Shown here piece after piece: positions 22,084 to 31,511 of a DNA stretch of 32,000 bases (position 1 is the stretch's first letter; every line of letters begins with the position of its first letter). This DNA comes from an uncultured Alphaproteobacteria bacterium (GTDB lineage Bacteria > Pseudomonadota > Alphaproteobacteria > Micropepsales > Micropepsaceae): assembly GCA_963825895.1 (NCBI GenBank), contig CAWGUP010000002.1, positions 532,564 through 564,563 on the forward strand, written 5' to 3'. The translations under genes were made by a program, and so were the position numbers. The notes beneath the pieces were generated by a model. The model was given only the letters and a program-made list of their open reading frames with translations. It did not search any database and was not told the DNA's origin.

Positions 22084-23775
22084 TCAACGCAGCGCATCTT
22101 CGAGTGCCGCGCCAAGCGTCTTAAGGCCGCTTTCTAGATCGTCGAGATGCAGCCGCAACGCACGCCGCCCGCGTTCGCAGAGTACCGAGAAATCGCCGAT
22201 GGCTTGGGCCTGTTCGACCACGCCAAAGCTGATCTTGCGTCCAGGCACCGGCAAATCGTGCGCGGGATTGGCGGTGAGTGTCAGGAAAATGCCACTGTTG
22301 GGGCCGCCCTTGTAAGCCTGCCCCGTCGAATGCAGGAAGCGCGGCCCGAATTCCGCGCAAGTGGCGACACCAAGCGCATTGCGCAATTTTGTGCGCATCG
22401 CTCGAAGCTGCGCCGCATGGAATTGCGACCGCTCGATGAACCCCAACAGACCGATATAATCTCCCGCCCGCGCCTGCTTGAAATGCGCCCGCAAGCAATC
22501 GGCCAAGGTCTTGCAGCCCTCCAGCGCTTTCGCGTCATCGCCATAAAGCGCCATTGCGTCGAAGCGGCGGATGGGATCGCCGACGGGCAATTTGCCGGAT
22601 TTTTCATATTCATCGGTCAATTCGCGCGACTTGACCTTGCTGGCTTCTACATCAGGCTGATTGAACGGATTGATCCCGAGCACGGCGCCGGCAACTGCCG
22701 TTGCGATTTCGCTGAGAAAAAACAGTTCGCCCAACTCATAACGATCCTGAAGTGTCAGGCGCAAAACGGGCTGCATCGCCTGTTCGAGCGCAGCCAATGC
22801 AAGCGGCTCGGCTTCGCCTGAGAGCGCGATATGCACAAAGACGCGATCCTTGCCATAAAACATAGGAGCCGCGAGCGGTTCGAGATCGACAGGGATCAGG
22901 CCCTTGCCGTTCTTGCCGGTCGATTCCGCGAAGAGCTGTTCAAGCCAGGCACCGACGGAGGCAAGTGAGGGCGATGTGGAAATCGTGACCTTGTCACGGC
23001 CATGCTTGGTGGCGAGCACGCCCAAAGCCAAACCCAGCATCGCACCGGGATTGGCGCTCAGCGGCTCAGTGCTCTTGCAGCGCGCCACCATCGCACTTGC
23101 CGATTGCAGCAAGCGCCCGACGTCAAGTCCCATCGCGGTCGCGGGCACCAGCCCGAACCGCGACAACACCGAGTAGCGTCCCCCGATGCTTGGCTCGCCA
23201 TAGAAGATATGGGCGAAGCCTTTTTCCTTCGCCTCTTTTTCCATGGACGAACCGGGATCGGTAACCGCAGCAAAGTGACGGCCGGCCTTTTCCGCCCCGA
23301 GGCGTTGGGTCAGCCGCGCGTAAAAATAATCCTTGAGAATATTGGGTTCGAGCGTGCTACCCGATTTTGAGGCTATGACAAACAGCGCGTGGTCGAGATC
23401 AAGCTTTGCCTCCAGCGTCGCGATCTGTTGGGGATCGGTGGAATCAAGCGCATACAGATTGGGCCAACCCTTTTGTTGCCCGAAACTTTCGGCAAGCACT
23501 TCCGCGCCAAGGCTCGATCCCCCCATACCGATGAGCACGACATCATGGATACCATCGCGCCGAACGGCGAACGCGAATTGCTTGAGCGACGGCAGATCGG
23601 TCTGTTCGCGCGCCACGATGTCGAGCCAGCCAAGCCATTTGTCTTCGTCAGCCCCAGTCCAGAGAGATTTGTCCTTTGCCCAGAGCTTCTGGAACTTTGC
23701 CGTGTGCGACCATTCGGTCAACGCGGCGTTCACATCTGCCTCGCCGACACCCAGATTCAACTGCAATGCAATCAT
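22084..23775 (-). CDS. pgi: Glucose-6-phosphate isomerase (PGI family; resembles the PGI half of bifunctional transaldolase/PGI proteins)
   Basis: 563-aa ORF. The SIS/PGI motifs VVLIGMGGSSLGAEV and FVIASKSGSTLEPN are present, along with the N-terminal FQKLWAKDKSLWTG string. Confidence 0.9.
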   Translation of the reverse strand: MIALQLNLGVGEADVNAALTEWSHTAKFQKLWAKDKSLWTGADEDKWLGWLDIVAREQTDLPSLKQFAFAVRRDGIHDVVLIGMGGSSLGAEVLAESFGQQKGWPNLYALDSTDPQQIATLEAKLDLDHALFVIASKSGSTLEPNILKDYFYARLTQRLGAEKAGRHFAAVTDPGSSMEKEAKEKGFAHIFYGEPSIGGRYSVLSRFGLVPATAMGLDVGRLLQSASAMVARCKSTEPLSANPGAMLGLALGVLATKHGRDKVTISTSPSLASVGAWLEQLFAESTGKNGKGLIPVDLEPLAAPMFYGKDRVFVHIALSGEAEPLALAALEQAMQPVLRLTLQDRYELGELFFLSEIATAVAGAVLGINPFNQPDVEASKVKSRELTDEYEKSGKLPVGDPIRRFDAMALYGDDAKALEGCKTLADCLRAHFKQARAGDYIGLLGFIERSQFHAAQLRAMRTKLRNALGVATCAEFGPRFLHSTGQAYKGGPNSGIFLTLTANPAHDLPVPGRKISFGVVEQAQAIGDFSVLCERGRRALRLHLDDLESGLKTLGAALEDALR

Positions 23776-23850
23776 CTTGGCCTGCCAAAACGCCGGTTGC
23801 CCGCCTGCTATCGCACAACTGGACGCCGCTGCGAAGATGGAACTTTGGTC

Positions 23851-24987
23851 TTAATACTCCAGCAACGCAGCATAGCGGTCCCGATGGTAGGCGGTACTTC
23901 CGAAGGTGGCTTCGGCGGCGCGGGCGCGCTTCATGTAGAGGCCTGCATCATGGGCATCGGTCATGCCGATGCCGCCATGCATCTGCACCATCTCGTTGGA
24001 GACGAGGTGATACACTTCATTCGCCTTTGCTTTGGCGAGCGAAACAAGTTGCGGCACATCGTTTGCGCCGTTATCGATGGCTGCAAGTGCTGCCTCGACG
24101 CAGGATCGCGTCAACTCCAGATCGGTGAACATCTTGGCCGCGCGATGCTGCAGCGATTGGAAAGTGCCGATCGCCTGTCCGAATTGCACGCGTGTCTTGA
24201 GATACTCGAGCGTGATTTCAAACCCTTGCGTTGCGCTGCCAAGCATTTCGGCCGCCAACCCCGCACGCGCGCGGTCGAGCGTGGCTTCGAGGATGTCATA
24301 ACCCTGATCGGCGACACCAAGAACTGCGTCTACGCCGATTTCCACATTATCGAACGAGAGATTGGCCACGCCGCGGCTGTCCACGCTCTTTAGGTTCTGG
24401 CGCGCCAAGCCCTTCGCATTGCCGTCCACGAGAAACAGCGTGATTCCATTTGCGTCGCCAGGCTTGGCGCTCGTGCGCGCGGCCACCACGAGAAAATCCG
24501 CAGCACCACCATCAAGCACAAAAGTTTTTTTGCCGGAAAGTTTCCAGCCGTGGCCGGATTTCACCGCCTGCAGCGTGACTTTCGCCGGCGCATGATGCGC
24601 ACCTTCGTCAACGGCAAGTGCCGCAATCGCCTTGCCTGCGACGATCTTCGGCAGCCAGTTTTTCTTTTGCGCCGAGTTGGCACCGAGCAGAAGTGCGGTG
24701 GTGGCCGTCAGCGCAGTCGAGATCAGTGGCGAGGCCGTGAGTGTTCGGCCCGCTTCTTCAAGCACGAGCCCAAGCGTCAGATAACCAAGCCCCGATCCGC
24801 CAAATTCTTCCGCAATCAGAATGCCGGCCCAGCCCATTTCGGCCATTTCGGCCCAAGCGGAACGGTCAAACCGGTCTTGATTGTCGCTGTCACGCAATTT
24901 GCGAAACGCGGTTACCGGAGATCTCTCGCTCACCCAGGATTTCGCGGCGTCGCGCAACATCGTCTGTTCTTCGCTGAGGACAGTCAT
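23851..24987 (-). CDS. Acyl-CoA dehydrogenase
   Basis: The start is set at the ATG at 24987 (MTVLSEEQTMLRDAAKSWV). The ACAD N-terminal, middle beta and C-terminal helical regions are recognisable (e.g. GWAGILIAEEFGG, QSLQHRAAKM). The track start at 25110 overlaps the upstream gene. Confidence 0.9.
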   Translation of the reverse strand: MTVLSEEQTMLRDAAKSWVSERSPVTAFRKLRDSDNQDRFDRSAWAEMAEMGWAGILIAEEFGGSGLGYLTLGLVLEEAGRTLTASPLISTALTATTALLLGANSAQKKNWLPKIVAGKAIAALAVDEGAHHAPAKVTLQAVKSGHGWKLSGKKTFVLDGGAADFLVVAARTSAKPGDANGITLFLVDGNAKGLARQNLKSVDSRGVANLSFDNVEIGVDAVLGVADQGYDILEATLDRARAGLAAEMLGSATQGFEITLEYLKTRVQFGQAIGTFQSLQHRAAKMFTDLELTRSCVEAALAAIDNGANDVPQLVSLAKAKANEVYHLVSNEMVQMHGGIGMTDAHDAGLYMKRARAAEATFGSTAYHRDRYAALLEY

Positions 24988-25055
24988 CGTAATTCGCGCC
25001 CCGCGCTTATTGGTGATCGAGCAGGCCGAGCACGCGCTTGGCCACGACGTTGAGA

Positions 25056-26213
25056 TTAACTTCGCTGGTACCGCCCTCGATCGAATTGCCTTTCGAGCGC
25101 AGCCAACCATGCGTCGCCGCGATCTCCTGCGGCGTAGAATCCATCGCCTTCCCAGCCCAACCCCTGATGGCCCAGCGCTTCGACGAGCAATTCGCTCCTG
25201 TCCTGATTCACCTTCGCCGCCGCATATTTGACGATCGACACAGCAGGGCTCGGCCCCTTCTTCGCCTTTGCCTCTTCTTCCAGACGGCGCACGGTCAGCG
25301 CGAAGGCGCGCGCTTCCATCTTGTGCGCGGTGATGCGAGCACGCAGGTCGGCGTCGGCGAGTTTTCCGTTTTCTGTGCCGATGTGTTCCTTGGCGGCATG
25401 TTCGAGATCGTAACCGCCGCCTCCGCCAAAGCCTCCTGCGGAAATGTTCTGCCGTTCATATTGCAAAAGACGTTTTGCGATGTCCCAACCGCCGTTGAGT
25501 TTGCCCACGAGATTGGCCTTGGGCACCTTCACATCGGTGAAGAAGGTCTCGCAGAACGGTGAATTTCCCGAGATCAGCTTGATCGGACGCGCCTCGATGC
25601 CGGGCGTGGTCATGTCGAACAGAATGAAGGAAATGCCTTCGTGCTTCTTGGTCGTGTCGGTGCGCACGAGGCAGAAAATCCAGTCGGCGTAATTGGCGTA
25701 AGACGTCCAGATCTTCTGGCCGTTGATGAGGAAGTGATCGCCCTTGTCCTCACATTTGGTGCGAAGGCTCGCCAGATCAGAGCCCGCGCCCGGTTCGGAA
25801 TAACCCTGGCACCAGCGGATTTCGCCGCGCACGATCTTGGGCAGATGTTCGCGCTTCTGTTCTTGGGTAGCGTACTCAAGCAGCACTGGCCCCAGCATCC
25901 AGATGCCGAACGACATCAAGGGCGGGCGGGCCTTGATGCGCCCCAATTCCTGTTGCAGCACGCGCGCTTCTGCGGAGGAAAGACCGCCACCGCCATATTC
26001 TTTCGGCCAGACCGGCGCGGTCCATCCCTTGTCCGCCATGCGGTCGAGCCAGAGCTTGGCTTCGGGATTGGTCCATTTGGCGCGCCGTCCGCCCCAGATG
26101 GGGGAATCGCCGTCCTCGCCGATCGCCGAGGCGCCTGCCCCGCGCATCGAGGTCGGGCAATGGGTTTCTAGCCAGGCACGTGTATCGCTTCGGAAGGTCT
26201 CGAGATCGCTCAT
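25056..26213 (-). CDS. Acyl-CoA dehydrogenase
   Basis: The start is set at the ATG at 26213 (MSDLETFRSDTRAWLE), which is preceded by GGAGGA. The ACAD motif QGYSEPGAGSDLASLRT is present, as is WTSYANYADWIFCLVRTD. Confidence 0.9.
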   Translation of the reverse strand: MSDLETFRSDTRAWLETHCPTSMRGAGASAIGEDGDSPIWGGRRAKWTNPEAKLWLDRMADKGWTAPVWPKEYGGGGLSSAEARVLQQELGRIKARPPLMSFGIWMLGPVLLEYATQEQKREHLPKIVRGEIRWCQGYSEPGAGSDLASLRTKCEDKGDHFLINGQKIWTSYANYADWIFCLVRTDTTKKHEGISFILFDMTTPGIEARPIKLISGNSPFCETFFTDVKVPKANLVGKLNGGWDIAKRLLQYERQNISAGGFGGGGGYDLEHAAKEHIGTENGKLADADLRARITAHKMEARAFALTVRRLEEEAKAKKGPSPAVSIVKYAAAKVNQDRSELLVEALGHQGLGWEGDGFYAAGDRGDAWLAALERQFDRGRYQRS

Positions 26214-27221
26214 GGGTCGCATCCTCCGGCAGTGCTTGAATTCCTGGATTGGTCGTATTGTGGCGCGGCGGACGCGCACCCCGCAAGCACGCCCCAAAAC
26301 AAAAGACCGCGCTTTTCCGGGCGCTATTGGCTTGGTCGGCTTCGTGTCACCTGCGCAACATAGCGCTGGCCAAGCCGCCGATAGAGGCAAGACAGCTACC
26401 CCAAGCAGCTGAGACGCAGGTTCGGCACGCCCATCCCACCGCCATCCTTGCTTTTAGGACACATCGCTCAGCGTGATGTGTACCGCATTGACCACAATGT
26501 TTCGGCATCACTATGACGCCGTCGAGACTGAGAATGACGCAGTCGATCGACAGTGAAAGGATCAAGATCGGTCCGATCGAGAGCCCGTCAATGGTGGTCG
26601 AGCCCGCGGCGGACAGCGCCGGAATCATCCCGAGGCATCAACTCACGATTAGGCCGTCGTCGCGCCGATGCCCAAAGCATTCAGAATGTTGACGCCGAGA
26701 TTGTTGATTGCCGTGTTCGATGTCGCAAACTTTGCGCCTAGCGATTCTTCCAAACGTTCGAACTCGCAGTTGCCGCAACAACGCCGGTGGGAAATGATGT
26801 TGTCAAGCGCGATGTTCAACAACGAGGTGGTGTTGTTGCACGGTGAAAGCAAAACAGCTTCGCGGTAAGACGGGCTCCCATGGCAGCGGTCGCGGCGATA
26901 GGCACTTCGGCTGCTGGGCACGCCGCGTAAACCGCTGACAATGGCGATATGCAAGCACCTTGCGCATATCGTTGCCTCCGTTGGTTGTACCTGGCAAGGA
27001 ATACGGGACAAGAATGTACCGTTTTGGGTTCGCCGAACGTAAGCCCAGAATTCCTCGCAGAATCAACTATCTGTCGCTCTCATGCCGTTGTAAGTAACCT
27101 TTCCAGGAGATACATGCTCGACGCGTAAAGACTTTGCCGCGGCGAAAAATATGATAGCGAATTCCACTTGCCCAAATCCCCTGTCCACCTGGCAGTTGCC
27201 GTTCACTCCCAAAGACCGACC

Positions 27222-28373
27222 ATGATGACGGCCGACGCCCCGACCCTGCCCGATATCCAGATGACGCTGGCGCCGCTGGAGGATTTGGGGGCGCTGGAGC
27301 ATGACTGGCGCGATTTGCAAACGCGCGCCAACATCGACTTCTATATGTCCTGGGGGTGGATCGGCACGCTACTGAAACTATCCGGCCTCAAGCCCTTTGT
27401 CCTGCGCGCGACCGCAAGTGGCGCGACCGTGGCATTGGGATTGCTGCTGTTGAACCGGCAAACCCGGCACCGCTGGCTCAAATCGCGAAAGCTCTATTTG
27501 AACGAAACGGGCGAGTTTGCCATCGATATCCTCTTCATTGAGCACAATGGATTTTTATGCGACCGCTCCTATGGCGCGGTGCTTCCCATGCAATGCCTCC
27601 AATACGTCCTGTCGTCACCTGACGCGCGCCGCCAGCTCGGGCGTTGGGACGAATGGCGATTTGGCGGCGTCGGCGAAGATTACTTGAAGCTGCTGCAGGC
27701 GACGGGCCTTCGCATTCGCTATCATTCCGCCAAGCAGAGCGGCGTCGTAGACCTCGACGCATTGCGTAATAGCGGGCAGGACTATTTGGCGTCCCTCAGT
27801 TCCAACACGCGCTACCAAATACGGCGTGCACTGAAGCTCTATGGCGAGCGCGGTGAGGTCGCCTTGACCGCAGCCTCAACGGAAGCTGAGTTCTCGCAAT
27901 ATTTCCAGGGACTGATCGACCTGCACCAGACTTACTGGACCAGCCGCGGCGAGAAGGGCGCCTTCGGTTACAAATTCCTGCACGATTTCCATCGCGAAAT
28001 CGTGCTGCGGCACGGGCCCTTGGGTGAGGTCGAACTCTTGCGCATCATGGCCGGCGATTTCGTAATCGGCTATCTCTACAATTTCTCCTATTGCGGCCAG
28101 ATCGGCGCTTATCTTTCGGGCTTCAACTACGAAGAGGATTCAAAATTGAAGCCAGGCCTCGTCTCACACTATCTGGCCATCCAATATCACCTCACGCGCG
28201 CAGAACGCACTTACGACCTGCTGGCCGGCGACATGCAATACAAGCGCAGTCTCAGCATGGAGACGCCACCGCTGTACTGGCTCGATCTCCAGCAACCGCG
28301 CTACAAACTGCGCCTGGAGGACTTCGCCCGAACTGCTCGCAATCGTATCTTTCCCCGCCCGAAAAAAACCTGA
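27222..28373 (+). CDS. GNAT-fold acyltransferase of the FemAB/CelD(BcsL)-like (Acetyltransf_6) type; start uncertain
   Basis: The C-terminal half, LRIMAGDFVIGYLYNFSYCGQIGAYLSGFNYEEDSKLKPGLVSHYLAIQYHLTRAERTYDLLAGDMQYKRSLS, matches the pattern of CelD/FemAB-like GNAT proteins. The track start at 27168 is TTG. In-frame ATGs lie at 27222 and 27261. None has a clear SD. Confidence 0.65.
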   Translation: MMTADAPTLPDIQMTLAPLEDLGALEHDWRDLQTRANIDFYMSWGWIGTLLKLSGLKPFVLRATASGATVALGLLLLNRQTRHRWLKSRKLYLNETGEFAIDILFIEHNGFLCDRSYGAVLPMQCLQYVLSSPDARRQLGRWDEWRFGGVGEDYLKLLQATGLRIRYHSAKQSGVVDLDALRNSGQDYLASLSSNTRYQIRRALKLYGERGEVALTAASTEAEFSQYFQGLIDLHQTYWTSRGEKGAFGYKFLHDFHREIVLRHGPLGEVELLRIMAGDFVIGYLYNFSYCGQIGAYLSGFNYEEDSKLKPGLVSHYLAIQYHLTRAERTYDLLAGDMQYKRSLSMETPPLYWLDLQQPRYKLRLEDFARTARNRIFPRPKKT

Positions 28374-28997
28374 CCCACGCGACCAACGCGGTACTGTCAG
28401 TCGCGAAGCTGATAGTGGCGCGGGGCCCGGTAGAATTCTCGCCGTTGGGCTTGGGCGTATCACAGGCGTGATCGCCATGAGAAGAAGATCCCGCCGGTGG
28501 CCTCGATATTGATACAATCGGAAACATAGCCTGGCTACAACAGGTCGTGGGCTTCTCGGGCCAACGAATTCAGATCATCTTCGGTTGATCAAATGTGACG
28601 CTGTCTGGCGTTGCCGTTGCACCTTGTTTTTTTCGAAGGCGGCTACCAGGTGGAGATACTCAACGCTATTTCCGAATCCATTGCGATCTTACGCTCAGAG
28701 AGTACTGGATGCGTTGGTCGTTGCCCCATGACGATCCGCTGAGCATTTGCGTATACCGCGCGCAAACCGACACCGACGAAGAAGTTTGCTCCGCTGCCAG
28801 AAGACAATCCAGCGCCATGAAGCCGACGTTGCCAACAAACCAATGCTTAAGCAATAGGGTTTGGCCCTGAGGAATTCGGTTCGGGAATCCTCGCCAATTC
28901 TGGCGCGATCTCAATCAACTGGTCAAAAATTTATACCGAGATATTACATCGCGCAGCAGCTCAAAACATCATGCCGCTGCGCGATTTCTCTTCGACA

Positions 28998-29333
28998 TTA
29001 GTTTGCAGCTGTTCGAGTTGCCGGCAAGGCCGTTCCTGCCAACCTACTGACGTTTGGGGCGTCGATAGAGGCGATGGCGGAGCTTTCCGCATCTTTCACG
29101 CACTCATGCCACAGGCCGAACATCTTGAGATTGCCCAGCGCAGGTTGTGAGCCACAAGATTTGCGGGCTGCGGCGTCGATCCGGGACAGTAGCTCCTGTG
29201 CTCCTGCATCGTGATGTATATCCAAATCGGCATAATGGACGACCACCGACGATGCGTGATCTACAGGAGCCGCGTTCGCGGCACTTAACAGTCCAAATGG
29301 CGCCACAAGAGCGCATATAACCAATCGTTTCAT
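28998..29333 (-). CDS. UrcA-family secreted protein
   Basis: 111-aa ORF. The signal peptide is MKRLVICALVAPFGLLSAANA. It is followed by VVHYADLDIHHDAGAQELLSRIDAAARKSCG...C, which matches the UrcA pattern (V.y.DLdL....Ga..l..RI..AA..vCg). Confidence 0.75.
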   Translation of the reverse strand: MKRLVICALVAPFGLLSAANAAPVDHASSVVVHYADLDIHHDAGAQELLSRIDAAARKSCGSQPALGNLKMFGLWHECVKDAESSAIASIDAPNVSRLAGTALPATRTAAN

Positions 29334-29628
29334 CGTTTGTCCTTTTAGATCGCGAATCGAACAGCGGCGGAGCGGGAATGTTTATGAACGGCTCCTGCCC
29401 GTCATCACCAATTGCAGTGATGCCGTTAAAGCTTCGTTTCAACAGAGGAGCACGGCTGATATGTTAGAATTCACACTCTATGAAGTGATAAATTTACCAC
29501 GTATAATGCCAGAATAAGGGTTGTCATTACGGAAAATGCAACAGTCAAGAGTGCGTCAAAGAGCGCGCGCTCCGCGATATCATCGTATTCCATGATACTG
29601 CCTCGACAATGCTTGACTGGGGACAGGC

Positions 29629-30153
29629 TTGCTGGCGTTCGCTGCTATCGTGATTGACCACCAAGGCTGTGTCGTCGCAATGACTACGGCTGCTGAACAT
29701 ATTGTGAAAACAAGCGAATTCATTACCACCTGCCACGGTCGCGTCGAGGGCATCACGCACTACGATACCCTGAAGATCGATGACGCCATCGCGAAGTTCA
29801 TGGCAGATTGCTACGAGAACGGCCATTCGCACTCATTCACGCTCGTGGGGACCAGAGGCAATATCGCCAACATTCAGATATCGCCGCTGCTACGCTCAGG
29901 CAAGACGTTTGGCGGCGCTGTCGCTATCCTTGGCATAGAGCCGCTTGATACGTCGACCCGAGCGCTTAACAGGTTGACTGCGGCTGAGGCCGAAGTAGCG
30001 GTCGCGCTCATGTCGGGCGGTCGCGCGATGGAAATAGCGTGTCAGCGCAACGTATCCGTCGAGACCGTACGGACGCAGATCAAATCGATCTATTCGAAAT
30101 TCTCTGTGAAAGGCCACGTCGAGTTGATCGCGGCACTTCGGCGTGCGCGCTAA
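29629..30153 (+). CDS. LuxR-family helix-turn-helix transcriptional regulator (short; start uncertain)
   Basis: The C-terminal LuxR/GerE HTH is LTAAEAEVAVALMSGGRAMEIACQRNVSVETVRTQIKSIYSKFSV. The frame opens only after the TGA at 29614. Possible starts are the TTG at 29629 or the ATG at 29680, so the protein is at most 174 aa. Confidence 0.75.
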   Translation: MLAFAAIVIDHQGCVVAMTTAAEHIVKTSEFITTCHGRVEGITHYDTLKIDDAIAKFMADCYENGHSHSFTLVGTRGNIANIQISPLLRSGKTFGGAVAILGIEPLDTSTRALNRLTAAEAEVAVALMSGGRAMEIACQRNVSVETVRTQIKSIYSKFSVKGHVELIAALRRAR

Positions 30154-30220
30154 TCCTGGTTCTCAGGTCCGGATCGCAACAGCTCGGCCCAAAGCACCCG
30201 CCCCTGGGATCGGCGGCCCA

Positions 30221-31444
30221 TTACGGAAACCCAATGCTAATCGTGGCGAACGGACCATTGAAACCGAGATTTTCGATTTTGCGTGTCCATGCCGCCGTCC
30301 ATTGCACCAAAAAAGAAGTCGGCGCGATAGCCAAGACTAATCTTTGCGTTGGGCCATTTGAGCGAGATGCCCGCGAAGCCGCCCAGGTTGGGGACTGTCA
30401 CCGGCCGAGTCCGATCAAAAGCTCCGGGAACGGTATGATGCGGCGCGTAGGGGGCGTTAAGTGTCTTACCAAAAAAACCACCCGTAGCGTGTCCATAGTG
30501 TTCATCGTGACTAGGCGTGCCAACCGGTCAGGTTATAAGTTTTCACCGCCGTCTGATGATGCCCGCTTGCTTTCTGGCGCCCGAACAATACGGCAGCATT
30601 GGCCCCCCAATCGAATGTCAGTTCCGCGCTATCGGCATTGCCTACAACGGGAACCGATGCGTTCCACGCAAGTGAGGGCCCAATGCCATGGAAGCTGCGC
30701 TGCATCACAGCGTCAGCAGCATAATGGTGGAAGTGTGCTCCGCCATTATATTTGAAATTGGTAAATTCTGGTAAGGAGGTTATGGCAGCCGTCGGATATT
30801 GAAGGTCCGGCACACCGCTCAGATGAACGGTCGATTTCGAGGTGAATTGGACGAAGCGAACGCCCGCACTGATGACGGAAGAGCTTCCCGATCCGAACAT
30901 GCCAAGACCAACATCTTTCCCCGCCTGAAAGTCGAGAACGAGATGCGTCTCACTTCGGCTTGATTTGCCATTCGCGAACCGCACATATCTGCTTGGGTAA
31001 TAGGATCTTGTTGTAGTGGTAGATGCCGAAGATTGTAATATGGAGCGGGATGATGGCATTTTTCGTAAGGTGCTGCCGCTGTTGAGACGCCGCGGCGCGG
31101 CCGTAACGGACAGAAGCCGAGAAAACCCAATCGCTGTCATTGGGCGCGAGGGTGATTGTTCCCTCCTCGCCAAATGAGTTGGCTGGCGCATTCTGCACAT
31201 TCAACGCTGACGCAAGGCCAGGTTGTTCGAACGATGGCAAAAAAGCCGGACTGAATTGCTGCTGTGCGTTGCTCAAACGATCCAGTTGCCCGCCCAGCTC
31301 GATCCAGACCGTAGGCCGCTCTCCGTCCTCCGCTATTGCTGCCGAAGTTACGGAAATGTATGCCGTCAACGCGACGGCCGAAGCTGTGGCGAGCAATTGA
31401 CGGCGGAACATCCCGCTGTCGCAGCTATTGGTGAGTTCGCTCAT
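30221..31444 (-). pseudogene. Outer-membrane beta-barrel protein gene (Lpg1974-like porin family by my recollection), disrupted by at least three frameshifts
   Basis: A coherent OMP-like sequence can only be read by changing frame three times.
- Segment 1 starts at 31444 with a signal peptide (MFRRQLLATASAVALTAYISVTSAAIA...DSDWVFSASVRYGR).
- Segment 2 is in the second frame (...THLVLDFQAGKDVGLGMFGSGSSSVISAGVRFVQF...TFDWGANAAVLFGRQK...) and stops at 30511.
- Segment 3 is in the third frame (HDEHYGHATGGFFGKTLN...GGFAGISLKWPNAKISLGYRADFFFGAMDGG).
- Segment 4 returns to the first frame for the last 16 codons (NLGFNGPFATISIGFP*), ending at 30221. Confidence 0.6.
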
Positions 31445-31511
31445 TATATGTCCCCCTTCGTGAGTGCAGACCGATTTGCGGATAAAGGCGGTTGTGCCTT
31501 AGTCATGTGGT

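Noticed and set aside
23389-24393. 334-aa plus-strand ORF spanning the pgi / acyl-CoA dehydrogenase junction.
   Set aside because: It is antisense to two well-supported genes and crosses their intergenic gap. It has no motifs.
29545-29832. 95-aa minus-strand ORF overlapping the start of the LuxR-type gene.
   Set aside because: It is antisense to the better-supported regulator gene and has no motif or Shine-Dalgarno. It begins inside the LuxR coding region.
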